A stretch of 63,326 nt of DNA, taken from positions 1 through 63,326 of the forward strand of contig JAPLUO010000214.1 in the NCBI GenBank assembly GCA_026397595.1, written 5' to 3'. The stretch comes from a candidate division WOR-3 bacterium. Lineage in GTDB: Bacteria > Hydrothermota > Tepidihabitantia > Tepidihabitantales > Tepidihabitantaceae. Below are positions 24,107-36,512 of the stretch, in pieces; positions within the stretch are counted from its first letter, which is position 1, and every line of letters begins with the position of its first letter. The translations under genes were made by a program, and so were the position numbers. The notes beneath the pieces are model-generated. The model had not been told where the DNA came from. It saw only the letters and a list, made by a program, of their open reading frames with translations, and ran no database searches.

Positions 24107-26401
24107 ATGCACCGGTTGCCGGCCGCAGGACTGCTCCTTTTGTCGCTAGCCATATCCTGCGGCACGACCACACCGCGCCTGCAAGCTGCGGACGAATCCG
24201 GCCACAATCAAACCACCGTCCTTCCAGCGGGTTCCATCGTACTGCCTGACTCCCTGGGGGGCCTCGCGGAGCCCAGCCGGATTGCGCTGAACCCGACAAA
24301 CAACCGGGTCTATGTCTGCGGAGTAGGCTTGGGCGTAGTCGTGATTGACGCGGCTACAGGCAAGCGGGTGGACATCATACCGGCATCAAACGCTGGCGAG
24401 ATGCAGTACAACCCGATTGCGAACGTCCTCTATGTCTGGGGTGGCCACGGTGAGTCCTACGAGTTGACAACCGTGGACTGCACAACTGACACGGTTGTAG
24501 CGCGGGAGTCGCTTACACTGTGGCCGACCTGCGTCAACCTGAGAGACAACAAGCTGTACGCGGCGATGGGAAAGGAGCACACATCGGCAGTTGCCGTGCT
24601 CGACGGCTACACTCGTCGGCTGGTCGCGACGGTGGGTAGCGCTCAACTATCCAAAGGAGCCATCGGATGGGAGGCCATCGTCTGGAACCCAGCAAACGAC
24701 AGGGTCTACTACTCAGACGGAGGTGGCGCGATCGTGGCGATTGACGGCCGCACCGATCGAGAGGTGGCTCGCATACCGAACAGCGCAGCCCTGCAGCCGC
24801 GTTGCGCTAACCCCAGAAACAACAAGATCTATGCGTCGTCGCCCCGCAATCCCGACTCGTCCCTCGCCGTTATCGACTGCGGAACCAACCGCATCGTCGC
24901 GTGGCTCCCGGTCAACGTCAACATCGCGGACGTTGTGTACAACCCGGTCGAAAACAAGGTCTACTGCTCGGGTGGCGGCGGTCTCTATGGTGGTATGCCG
25001 AGCGTCGCCGTGATCGACGGGAAGGATGACGCGATAGTCGAACGAGTGAACTTCCGTAGCCCGCCGGGCGAGCTGTGCTACGACTCGCTCAATGCCCGAG
25101 TCTACTGCTTGGCGTCTCACGGAGGGTGGATCGCAGCGATTGACTGCCGCCGGGACTCGGTGGTAACGACAATCCGTACCGATGCTCACCGGGCCGTTTT
25201 CTCTACCCGCGGCGACAGACTCTTCTGCCTCGACTGGTCACAGGGCGACGTCAACGTGGTGGACGGAGCAACTCTTCGCGTGATCGACACGCTCACGCTC
25301 GGCTACCGCGTCGAGTCAATGCTCTACAACCGCCAGCAAGACAAGCTCTACTGCGCCAACGACGGAGGGCACGCGCTGGCGGTCATCGACTGCGGGACGG
25401 GACGAGTGCGTAGCACAATCGAGGTGGGAAGGAAGCCGAGGGCACTCGCCTGTTCTCCTGACGGCGAAAGGCTCTACTGCGCAAACGAAGCCGACGGCAC
25501 TGTCAGCGTCATTGACTGTGAGTCTGACCAGGTCGTTGGATCAATCAAGACAGGAGGCGAACCGACTTCGCTGTGCCTCAGCCCTCCTAATCACCGCCTC
25601 TTCTGCGCAGCAAACAGTGGCGGGTATGGCGAGAAGTCGACGATTTCGGTCATCGACTATCGCACCGATTCTGTTGTCTCAAGACTCGTGGCTGGCAAAT
25701 ACCCGACCGTAATCTATGACTCGGTGAATGACCGTGTCTTCTGCGCCTCTCGTACCGATCGCCAGTGGAACCAGCCGATCGTGCGGATCAGCGCTTTCGA
25801 GGCGAATAGCCTTAGCCGCAGCTTCAGTGTGGAGTTCCAGGGCGGCTATCTTGTGGACATGTGCTACGACCCGATTCTCGATCGGATGTACGTCGCGCGG
25901 ACGGAGCCCGACGAAGTCTCAGCCATAGACTGCAAGACAGGCATCACAAGGTGGGTAATGCGAACAGCAGGTCAGCCCAGCAAGCTCCTCTGCAGCCCCC
26001 GCCAGCACAGGCTGTACGTAGCCAGCATCGAATGGACCCCAGGCAAGAGCAACCAAGAAAACGACAACTCGGGTCTCTTGGTGAGAAGAACTGCAGCCGG
26101 GACTGTCGAGGTCGTGGATCCGAACGCCGGTAGCTCCATTGCCAGAATCGAAGTCGCAGCCGAACCGAGAGATCTCCTCTATGTGCCGGAAGTGGACCGC
26201 ATCTACTGCGCGTGCGCAAGCTCGGACACAGTAGTAGTGATAGACTGTGCGACCAACAGGATCGTGGACCGCAAGCCCGTCGGAGCTCGTCCGGCCGCCC
26301 TCGCCTACTCGCCCAAACACGGAGTCGTGTACGTCGCCAATTCCGCGGCCAGCAGCATCTCGTACATCAGGGACGCGTCCGTTTCCGAGCCCAAACACTA
26401 G
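24107..26401 (+). CDS. lipoprotein with YVTN/YncE-type beta-propeller repeats
   Basis: Lipobox LAISC. More than 12 repeats of the N.(V/L)Y(V/C)....G.V.VID......V pattern. Confidence 0.75.
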   Translation: MHRLPAAGLLLLSLAISCGTTTPRLQAADESGHNQTTVLPAGSIVLPDSLGGLAEPSRIALNPTNNRVYVCGVGLGVVVIDAATGKRVDIIPASNAGEMQYNPIANVLYVWGGHGESYELTTVDCTTDTVVARESLTLWPTCVNLRDNKLYAAMGKEHTSAVAVLDGYTRRLVATVGSAQLSKGAIGWEAIVWNPANDRVYYSDGGGAIVAIDGRTDREVARIPNSAALQPRCANPRNNKIYASSPRNPDSSLAVIDCGTNRIVAWLPVNVNIADVVYNPVENKVYCSGGGGLYGGMPSVAVIDGKDDAIVERVNFRSPPGELCYDSLNARVYCLASHGGWIAAIDCRRDSVVTTIRTDAHRAVFSTRGDRLFCLDWSQGDVNVVDGATLRVIDTLTLGYRVESMLYNRQQDKLYCANDGGHALAVIDCGTGRVRSTIEVGRKPRALACSPDGERLYCANEADGTVSVIDCESDQVVGSIKTGGEPTSLCLSPPNHRLFCAANSGGYGEKSTISVIDYRTDSVVSRLVAGKYPTVIYDSVNDRVFCASRTDRQWNQPIVRISAFEANSLSRSFSVEFQGGYLVDMCYDPILDRMYVARTEPDEVSAIDCKTGITRWVMRTAGQPSKLLCSPRQHRLYVASIEWTPGKSNQENDNSGLLVRRTAAGTVEVVDPNAGSSIARIEVAAEPRDLLYVPEVDRIYCACASSDTVVVIDCATNRIVDRKPVGARPAALAYSPKHGVVYVANSAASSISYIRDASVSEPKH

Positions 26402-27159
26402 GAGTCTGTCGGAGAACCCCTCAACAGAGTCACGATGCTACGACCTATTGCGGTACTGCGCGAGGCCGGTGTCAACTGGTGGTGGTTGTGCGTCCAGAAT
26501 AGCCGGTTCTCCGACACACTCCTAGCCCAAGCCACCCTCAATCCTTCCGGCCGACGCCCTCCTCAAACGACCCAGCAGGGGCACTCTTGCGAGTGTCCCT
26601 GCTGTACTTTGCAGTAGGGTCTGCATCGAGAGAGGCGCTTCCCGATGCACCTTATTAGACGACGCCGGATTCAAAAGGGTGCGCCTGCCTGCAACCCCGA
26701 TTCCATCCGCGCCGGGAATCCCGACTGCATCCGAGTCGTCGCTCTACGGCTGACATCGCAGTTCGCCCGGCAACTCAAGTCGGGACTCGATTCAGGACTC
26801 AGCCACGAACTCAGCGAGGGGTTCGGCCCGCGCGTGAAACCGCCAGTCACGGCACGACTTGACCCCGATTCCAGCCTGCGCCTCAAGGCGCGGTTGAGCA
26901 TCCTATTCTGCCCGCGTCTGACCTCTCGATTCACCGCTCAACTCGTCTCTCGAATCGCGCCCTGTTTCGGACCGCGATTCACCCCGAAAGTCACCCCGGG
27001 GGTGACCCCCGGATTCCGGGCCAGAATCCACTAACACCTTCCCGCCGCATGGCCTAACCAACTGCCACAGCCACTGCGCATGATACTGAACAGTCTCACG
27101 CGTGGCCTATCGGCTGGATGTGTTGCCGCCGGCGATGCACGACGGAAGCTGGAGGAGAG

Positions 27160-28626
27160 CTAGTTCAGAATGACGACGGTAGAAGGCCTGGCAGCGGGCT
27201 GACGTACGATGAAGTAGACTCCGGCCGGCAGTCCCCGGATGTCGTTCGGGCCAGGAACGAGAGACGCGACGCGACGGCCGGATACATCCACCAGAGCGAT
27301 CAGCGAATGACGAGTGGCGCGCGGCGATTCGAGCAGAATGAAGCGGCCACGCACGATGGTCGCGTTGGGCGCAAAGCGTGTGGCGTCAGGCGCCTTACGT
27401 TCTTCCTCGACACCCAGACCCGGCATGACGCCGTGCAGGTAGTAGACGTCCTGGTTGCCGGAACTGTTGTCGTACCACACGATGTGGATGCCGCTGCCCG
27501 CGTCACAGGTGATTGACGGGTGGTTGACGCTGCCGGAGTCGAGCCCGGTGAGAATCATCGGCGAACTCCAGATGCCGTCCGTGTCTTTCTGCGCGTAGGC
27601 AAGCTGCAGATGCTCGGTGCCGCCTTTGCTGCACCAGACCGCGTGGCAGCGTCCCGCAGCGTCGCACGCGATTGACGGGTACTGCTGCTGGTAGGCCCGG
27701 ATCCCACTGATGCTGTCGATGCCCGACCAGCCAATCGAGTCCCGCTCGCGGTGGAACACCTGCTGGTAGATGTTCATCGGCGACCGGCCATGCCAGACAA
27801 CATGAACTGCGCCGCCCCGGTCTATCGCGACGCCGGGCGAGTACTGCGACATATCGCCGGGAATGTCCGATACCAGTTCGGCGTCCTGCCAGACACCGCC
27901 CGTCCGGCGGCGACAGCAGACCTGGTTGTGGCTGCCGCCGAAGTCCATCCCGCACCAGACCACGGTAACGTCGCCGTTCTTGCCGGCGGCGACCGAGACC
28001 TGGTCGTGATTGACGGACGCGGTCGAAGTCTGCATCGCCGAGTCCCAACCGCTTGATTGACTCCACTCCTTGAAGAACACCTGGGGCAGGCCGCCCGTGT
28101 CAGGGGTCCCGTACCAGACGACATCGACATCACCTGGGCCCGGCACGCACGCAACCGAGGGATACTGCTGGAGCTGCGATGTGCTCGCCGAATCGATCAG
28201 CGTGTCTGCCCTCCAGTGATGGGTGGTAGCATTGTAGCGCTTGGCCCAGATACCACAGTCGGGCCAGGTCCCTACGTGCCAGAGCACGTGAACATCGCCT
28301 GCTGAGTCACATCCGACACCTGGCTGGAAGCAGTTGGATTGGCGGTTCGTCAGCACCGTCTCGGCCTGCCATGTGCCCGTGCCTGCATCGTACCGGCGAT
28401 ACCAGACTTGGTAAGGCACGTTGCGCTGGTCCAGCCAAGCGACATGGACGTTGCCTGCGGCATCGACCGCGATGCTGTGCTGCCCACCATAACCGGTGTA
28501 CTGGCTGGCGGGGTTGGTGGTCAGGCGGATGATGGTATCCCACGTCACGTCGGCAGCGAACGCCGCCGCGGCGAGGGCAGGCAGCAGGATGAGACATATG
28601 GGTCCCATGTGTCCTATGCGTCGCAT
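27160..28626 (-). CDS. secreted BNR/sialidase-like repeat protein with a T9SS C-terminal sorting domain
   Basis: Signal peptide from the ATG at 28626. Repeated ...G.VHV.W... blades. CTD ...LVDVSGRRVASLVPGPNDIRGLPAGVYFIV.... The ORF-track 5' extension overlaps nikR and was removed. Confidence 0.65.
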   Translation of the reverse strand: MRRIGHMGPICLILLPALAAAAFAADVTWDTIIRLTTNPASQYTGYGGQHSIAVDAAGNVHVAWLDQRNVPYQVWYRRYDAGTGTWQAETVLTNRQSNCFQPGVGCDSAGDVHVLWHVGTWPDCGIWAKRYNATTHHWRADTLIDSASTSQLQQYPSVACVPGPGDVDVVWYGTPDTGGLPQVFFKEWSQSSGWDSAMQTSTASVNHDQVSVAAGKNGDVTVVWCGMDFGGSHNQVCCRRRTGGVWQDAELVSDIPGDMSQYSPGVAIDRGGAVHVVWHGRSPMNIYQQVFHRERDSIGWSGIDSISGIRAYQQQYPSIACDAAGRCHAVWCSKGGTEHLQLAYAQKDTDGIWSSPMILTGLDSGSVNHPSITCDAGSGIHIVWYDNSSGNQDVYYLHGVMPGLGVEEERKAPDATRFAPNATIVRGRFILLESPRATRHSLIALVDVSGRRVASLVPGPNDIRGLPAGVYFIVRQPAARPSTVVILN

Positions 28627-28679
28627 TACGACCTGAGCATATGACCGGACCGGCCGCCTGTCAATCCGTGCCGCTGCGC

Positions 28680-28707
28680 TTGACCTTTGGCCTTCCGGTG
28701 TTACGAT
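28680..28707 (+). promoter_or_regulatory. sigma70-like promoter candidate immediately upstream of nikR (possibly a leaderless transcript)
   Basis: TTGACC (28680-28685), 16-nt spacer, TACGAT (28702-28707). The ATG lies at 28714. Confidence 0.3.
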
Positions 28708-28713
28708 TTGCGG

Positions 28714-29196
28714 ATGCGTAACACTGAGAACCACGACGAGGAAGACGGTGCGACCCGGTTCAGCGTTTCGATGGAACCGGACCTGCTGGCCCGGTTCGAC
28801 GCGCTGCTCGGCCGCTCCGGCTCGAATCGCTCCAAGGCAATTCGCGACCTTGTTCGGCTTCGCCTCGCCCGACATGAACTCGAATCGGGCCGCGTCCCGG
28901 CCGTCGGCGTGCTCGCCTACATGTACGGGCACGATCAGCCGGACCTCGCGCGCCGGCTGATGGAGGTACAGCACGAACACCACACCGAGGTGGTCTCCTC
29001 TTCCCACGTGCACCTCGACCGGCATGACTGCATCGAGGTGCTGATTCTGCGCGGCACTGCCGACCGGCTGCAGAAGCTGGCTGACCGGCTGCTCGCGCTC
29101 AAGGGCGTACGCCAGGGCCAACTGACGCTGACCCCGGCGACCTGCCCGCTTGCCCGCACGCACCGGCACGGCGGCCACCGGCCGGGGAGTTCCTGA
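28714..29196 (+). CDS. nikR: nickel-responsive regulator NikR (RHH plus ACT-like metal-binding domain)
   Basis: RFSVSMEPDLLARFDALL...NRSKAIRDLVR (CopG/RHH). The C-terminal domain has a His cluster (VQHEHHTEVVSSSHVHLDRHDCIEVLILRG). Confidence 0.8.
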   Translation: MRNTENHDEEDGATRFSVSMEPDLLARFDALLGRSGSNRSKAIRDLVRLRLARHELESGRVPAVGVLAYMYGHDQPDLARRLMEVQHEHHTEVVSSSHVHLDRHDCIEVLILRGTADRLQKLADRLLALKGVRQGQLTLTPATCPLARTHRHGGHRPGSS

Positions 29197-29197
29197 C

Positions 29198-29998
29198 ATG
29201 GTAGGGAAGTTCTTCGTTCAATGGCTGCTGCTTGGAGTTGCCGTCTTCGGCTGCGCGCAGCCGAAGACGAGACGTATTCCCGTCGTTGCTTCGACCACGC
29301 TCATCAGCACAATTATCCAGTCGGTCGGCGGCGACCGGTTCGAGGTGACGACAATTGCACCGGCAGGACTCTGCCCTGGGCACTTCGACCTGAAGCCATC
29401 GGACATCACCGCGGCCAACCAGGCAAAGCTGCTGCTCAACCATGGCTGGGAGGGTTGGTTTCCCCGTCTGGAAAAGGCGGTGTGGACTACTGACCAGCGC
29501 CGGGTGACGCTTACGACCCAAGGCAACTGGATGATCCCCGACTTGCAGAAACGGGCGGCAGCCGAAATCACCGTCCTGCTGATGGAACTGGACTCGACTC
29601 GCGCGGACACTTACCGGCTGGCCTTGGGGCGGTATCAGACGGACGTTGACTCAGCCGCGGCGGCCGCGCTGGCGATGCTCGACGGGAAGGCTCTGCCCGC
29701 GGTCATCGCCACCGAACAGCAGGCGCCGTTCGTGGCGTGGCTGGGTCTGCGCGTGGTCGCGACCTACGGCCGGGCCGAGGACTTCACGGCGCAAGAGATG
29801 ACCCGGCTGGCGCGGGTGGCGATTGACTCCGGTGTGAAGCTGATTGTGGACAACCTTCAGTCCGGACCCGATGCCGGCGCGCCGCTGGCCGAAGCACTCA
29901 AGGTGAAACACGTAACGCTGACCAACTTCCCGATGGAGGGTTCGTACTCCCGGTCGCTGCTCGACAACACGGCGGCGCTGGCGCGGGCCATCGAGTGA
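29198..29998 (+). CDS. metal ABC transporter substrate-binding lipoprotein (cluster-9 ZnuA/TroA-like)
   Basis: Lipobox VFGC. ...VVASTTLISTIIQSVGGDRFEVTTIAPAGLCPGHFDLKPSD.... Confidence 0.7.
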   Translation: MVGKFFVQWLLLGVAVFGCAQPKTRRIPVVASTTLISTIIQSVGGDRFEVTTIAPAGLCPGHFDLKPSDITAANQAKLLLNHGWEGWFPRLEKAVWTTDQRRVTLTTQGNWMIPDLQKRAAAEITVLLMELDSTRADTYRLALGRYQTDVDSAAAAALAMLDGKALPAVIATEQQAPFVAWLGLRVVATYGRAEDFTAQEMTRLARVAIDSGVKLIVDNLQSGPDAGAPLAEALKVKHVTLTNFPMEGSYSRSLLDNTAALARAIE

Positions 29999-30738
29999 CG
30001 CCGGGCGACATCGCGGTTTCGGTTCGCTCGGTCACGGTCAGCTACCGCGAGCACATCGCCCTGCGCGACGTCTCGATCGACATCCGGCGCGGCGACTTCT
30101 GCGGCATCATCGGCCCAAACGGCGCGGGCAAGACCACGCTCCTCACGGTCATCAACGGCCTCGGTCACATCCACTCCGGCACGGTCCGCATCATGGACGA
30201 ACCGGCGACGCGCGCGAACTTCGGCCGCCTGCGCCGCCGTATCGGCTATGTCGCCCAGCAGGAACGCGTGGACCCGCGAGTACCCATCTCGTGTCTTGAA
30301 GCCGTGCTCGTCGGCCGCTGCGGTCGCGCCGGCCTGCTCCGACGGCTGAACGCCAACGACCGGGAACGCGCCCGGCAGATGATGGAACTCACCCGCACGT
30401 CCCATCTTACCGACCGGCCGGTGGGACGGCTGTCCGGCGGCGAGGCCCGCAAGATTGCGCTGGCCCGCGCCCTGGTCCAGGAACCCGAAATCCTTCTGCT
30501 CGACGAGCCGACGTCGAATCTCGACCCGCGCGCAGTCCACGAACTGAGCGAGTTGGTTGTAGACGCATACCGCCGCTTCAACCTGACGGTGGTAATGGTC
30601 ACGCACCAGCTTGACCACCTGCCGCCGGTCGCCAACCGGGTCATCATGGTCAAGAACGCCCGTGTCACCTTCTTCGGCGACCGCACCGCGCTCTCCGACC
30701 CGCGCCTGATTGCGGAACTCTTCGCCGATGCCGCCTGA
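29995..30738 (+). CDS. metal ABC transporter ATP-binding protein
   Basis: Walker A GPNGAGKTT, signature LSGGEARK, Walker B LLLDEPTSNLD. Confidence 0.9.
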   Translation: MTPGDIAVSVRSVTVSYREHIALRDVSIDIRRGDFCGIIGPNGAGKTTLLTVINGLGHIHSGTVRIMDEPATRANFGRLRRRIGYVAQQERVDPRVPISCLEAVLVGRCGRAGLLRRLNANDRERARQMMELTRTSHLTDRPVGRLSGGEARKIALARALVQEPEILLLDEPTSNLDPRAVHELSELVVDAYRRFNLTVVMVTHQLDHLPPVANRVIMVKNARVTFFGDRTALSDPRLIAELFADAA

Positions 30739-31537
30739 ACTCATCATCCTCTGGCGACCGCTGGTCGCCGCGGTGCTCGGCGGGCTGGTCTGCGGCGTGG
30801 TCGGCGTCTGGGTGGTGATGATGAACATCCCCTTTGTCGGCGTCGCGATGTCGCACGCGGCCTTTGCCGGCGCGGTCACGGGGCTCCTGCTTGGAATCAA
30901 CCCGCTCCTCACCGCCGCGGTCTTCTGCATCGCGGCATCGCTGCTCATCGGCCCGGTCGCCGAGCGCGCCGACATCGAACCCAACGTCTCGCTCGGCATC
31001 ATCTTCTCGGTCGTGCTGGGCTTCGCCTTCCTCGCCATCGGCCTGATGCGCGGCCCGCGGTCTGACGCTCTCAGCCTGATATGGGGAAGCATCCTGCTCG
31101 TCTCCGCGCGCGACCTCGCGCTGATGGCCGGCGCGACCGTGGCCGTGCTGCTCTTCCTCGGGTTGTTCTACAAGGAGATTCAGGCCGTACTGTACAACCG
31201 CGAAATCGCCCGTGCCGTCGGGATACCCGAGCGCGCGCTCTTCTTCGCGATGCTGGTCCTCTGCGGCCTGTCGGTCACCGCCAATCTGAGCACCATCGGC
31301 GGCCTACTCATCTTCAGCCTCATCGTCAACCCGCCGTCCGCGGCCTTTCAGTTGACCTACCGGCTCAAGACGATGTATTTGCTGTCGGCGCTGTTCGGGG
31401 TCCTGTCCTGCCTGGTGGGATTGTTCGTGTCGTGGCTGACCGACGCGCCGGCCGGCGCGGTCATCATCATCGCATCGAGTGTGGTATTTGTGGTGGCGTT
31501 GCTGCTATCGCCCAAGCGAAGTAAGTTAGTGAGTTAG
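30728..31537 (+). CDS. metal ABC transporter permease (ZnuB/TroC family)
   Basis: Polytopic with family-typical ...FVGVAMSHAAFAG.... The start overlaps the ATPase stop. Confidence 0.85.
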   Translation: MPPELIILWRPLVAAVLGGLVCGVVGVWVVMMNIPFVGVAMSHAAFAGAVTGLLLGINPLLTAAVFCIAASLLIGPVAERADIEPNVSLGIIFSVVLGFAFLAIGLMRGPRSDALSLIWGSILLVSARDLALMAGATVAVLLFLGLFYKEIQAVLYNREIARAVGIPERALFFAMLVLCGLSVTANLSTIGGLLIFSLIVNPPSAAFQLTYRLKTMYLLSALFGVLSCLVGLFVSWLTDAPAGAVIIIASSVVFVVALLLSPKRSKLVS

Positions 31538-31620
31538 GAGTTAGTAGGTTAGCAGTCCAGAGTCGGACAGAAGCCGGACAGGCTCCTAACTGCTAACTCC
31601 TAACTGCTACCTGCTAACTA
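31525..31620. terminator. bidirectional hairpin built from GTTAG/CTAAC words between convergent genes
   Basis: The left arm gttagtgagttaggagttagtaggttagcag is complementary, in several registers, to the right arm ctcctaactgctaactcctaactgctacctgctaac. It fills the whole gap between the permease stop and the pckA stop. Confidence 0.6.
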
Positions 31621-31624
31621 CCAG

Positions 31625-33280
31625 CTACTTCCCCGGGCACTCTCTCGCTACCGCGGGGTCTATCGCCTTCGCGCCGTACGCCTTGTCGAACTGAGCGCAG
31701 AACTCGGCCGCGAGCTTCTTGGCTCGCTCGTCGTAAGCCGCCTTGTCCGGCCACGTATTCCGCGGGTTCAGCACGGTCGGGTCGGACACACCCGGGCAGC
31801 TCTTCGGCACATCGAGGTGGAAGATCGGATCGGTGACGCAGTCGACCTTGGCGAGCGAGCCGTTTAGCGCGGACTCGACGATTTCCCGGGTCAGGCTGAT
31901 GTCCATCCGTGTCCCGACGCCGTACGGTCCGCCGCTCCAGCCGGTGTTCACGAGGTAAACGTTCGCGCCGTGCCGGTCCAGTTTCTCCCCGAGCAGGTGG
32001 GCATAAACGTCCGGGTTGAGCGGCATGAACGGCGCGCCGAAGAACCGCGAGAACGTACTCTTCGGGTCGACGATGCCGGTTTCGGTCCCGGCCAGCTTCG
32101 AAGTGTAGCCCATCAGGAACCAGAGCATCGCCTGGTTGCGGGTTAGACGCGCGACCGGCGGCAGCACGCCGTTCGCATCCGCGGTAAGGAACAGGATGGT
32201 CTTCGGGTGGCCGCCGACCGGCGGCGTCTTCACGTTGGACAGGAACGAAAGCGGGTAGGAACCGCGCGAGTTGGGCGTGTAGCGCTCATCGTCAAGGTCA
32301 AACCGGCCGTCCGGGTAAACCATCGCGTTCTCGACAATCACCCCGTGCTCAAGATACGGCGCTTCGTGGAAGCAGGCCCGGTAGATGTCCGGCTCTTTCT
32401 TCGGGTCCAGGTTGATGAGCTTGGCGTAGCAGCCGTCCTCGAAGTTGGCCACACCGTTGTCGCTCCAGCTATGTTCGTCATCGCCCAGCAAAGCCCGACG
32501 CGGGTCGGCTGACAGCGTGGTCTTGCCCGTGCCGGAAAGCCCCAGGAGCAACGCCACGTCGCCGTTCCGGCCCTCGTTGGCCGAACAGTGGAGCGGCAGA
32601 ATGCCCTGCAGCGGCAGCAGGTAGTTCATTACAGTGAACATGTGCTTCTTCACGCTGCCGCAGTAAGCCGAGCCGAAGACCACGCCGCAGCGGCGGTCCA
32701 TGTCCATCGCGATGACCATGCTTGAAGCCTTGCCGGTCTCCGGAATCGTCCGCAGCCGGCCGGCATAGCGGGCCGGGTCGAGCTTGTCGTAAGGGAGCAC
32801 GACAAGCGTGTAGGGCCGGGAGGCAAAACAGGACTTGCCGATGTCGGGCGGGACCCGCCGGAACATGCTGTCGGCAAACAGGACCGAGAGCGCCCGGTCG
32901 GAGACGACCCGCACCGGCAGTGCGTGACTCGGGTCGGCACCGAGCACACGGTCCGTGGCGTAGAGCCGCGGCTTCCTTGCGAGCGCGGCCAGCGCGTCCG
33001 CGACGACCATGTCAAACGTGTCCGGCGTAATCGGCAGGTTGTTCGGCGCGTCCCAGTCGATGTTCTTCTCGGATTCGACCCGGCGCACGGTGACCGTGTC
33101 CTGCGGGCTGCGCCCGGTCGATTCCGGCGGGGTCCATGTCGCGAGGCAACCGCACGCCGCGACCATCGCCTCGCGCCGCGCCACCGCGTCCGCGATCATC
33201 GCCTTGCGGTCCGGGTTGGCTTTCACGCCCCCGTGCCGACTGAGGAGCCCATCGAGCTTCTGCTTCAGTTCGCTTTCCAT
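31625..33280 (-). CDS. pckA: phosphoenolpyruvate carboxykinase (ATP)
   Basis: GLSGTGKTTLSADP kinase-1a motif, with full-length similarity to ATP-dependent PEPCK. Confidence 0.95.
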   Translation of the reverse strand: MESELKQKLDGLLSRHGGVKANPDRKAMIADAVARREAMVAACGCLATWTPPESTGRSPQDTVTVRRVESEKNIDWDAPNNLPITPDTFDMVVADALAALARKPRLYATDRVLGADPSHALPVRVVSDRALSVLFADSMFRRVPPDIGKSCFASRPYTLVVLPYDKLDPARYAGRLRTIPETGKASSMVIAMDMDRRCGVVFGSAYCGSVKKHMFTVMNYLLPLQGILPLHCSANEGRNGDVALLLGLSGTGKTTLSADPRRALLGDDEHSWSDNGVANFEDGCYAKLINLDPKKEPDIYRACFHEAPYLEHGVIVENAMVYPDGRFDLDDERYTPNSRGSYPLSFLSNVKTPPVGGHPKTILFLTADANGVLPPVARLTRNQAMLWFLMGYTSKLAGTETGIVDPKSTFSRFFGAPFMPLNPDVYAHLLGEKLDRHGANVYLVNTGWSGGPYGVGTRMDISLTREIVESALNGSLAKVDCVTDPIFHLDVPKSCPGVSDPTVLNPRNTWPDKAAYDERAKKLAAEFCAQFDKAYGAKAIDPAVARECPGK

Positions 33281-33304
33281 AGCCTCTCTCCCTTCAATGA
33301 CCGG

Positions 33305-36070
<2,766 letters not shown>

Positions 36071-36165
36071 GAGCTAAACTCCGTTCTGCGGTCTCGCCTC
36101 ATCGAACATCAAATCAATAGCTAGTCGTAATTCCGTCTGTGCGGCGTCGGCGCCGCAACGGTGGG

Positions 36166-36492
36166 CTACTCCTGCTTGCCGACGTCGCCGGCATCCGTGG
36201 CGAGGAAACCCTGGAGGAGCTCCTTGGCTCGGACCAGATTCTCCTCTTCTACCAGCACCTCTCCCCAGACCGACCGCATGATCTTCGCCAAGCCGTCATA
36301 AGCCGGAATCTGGAACGAACGAATCATGGCCGGTATGCCGTTATCCTCGAACAGATCGCGCACCGCATTCGCCATGAGTTCATTCGGAGGCCAATAGATA
36401 GCTTTAAGTGCCACGGAGTGAACAGTGTACGCCCGATCGCCGCTACAGTCAAACCAGCCGGAGGGTCCGGGCCGCGCCTCGCTTGGGCGCAA
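36166..36492 (-). CDS. DUF2007-type putative signal-transducing protein
   Basis: ...ELMANAVRDLFEDNGIPAMIRS...GEVLVEEENLVRAKELL.... The exact start is uncertain. Confidence 0.45.
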   Translation of the reverse strand: MRPSEARPGPSGWFDCSGDRAYTVHSVALKAIYWPPNELMANAVRDLFEDNGIPAMIRSFQIPAYDGLAKIMRSVWGEVLVEEENLVRAKELLQGFLATDAGDVGKQE

Positions 36493-36512
36493 CCGGTCAC
36501 CCGAAGCCGGTT

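Noticed and set aside
26645-27034. 129-aa ORF in the 26.4-27.2 kb gap
   Set aside because: It is a repetitive low-complexity translation (…RLTSQFARQLKSGLDSGLSHELSEGFGPRVKPPV…) with an equally long antisense ORF. It looks non-coding.
28627-29199. N-terminal 191 aa of ORF 27160-29199 (minus strand)
   Set aside because: It overlaps nikR on the opposite strand and has shadow-ORF composition. A good ATG plus signal peptide occurs at 28626.
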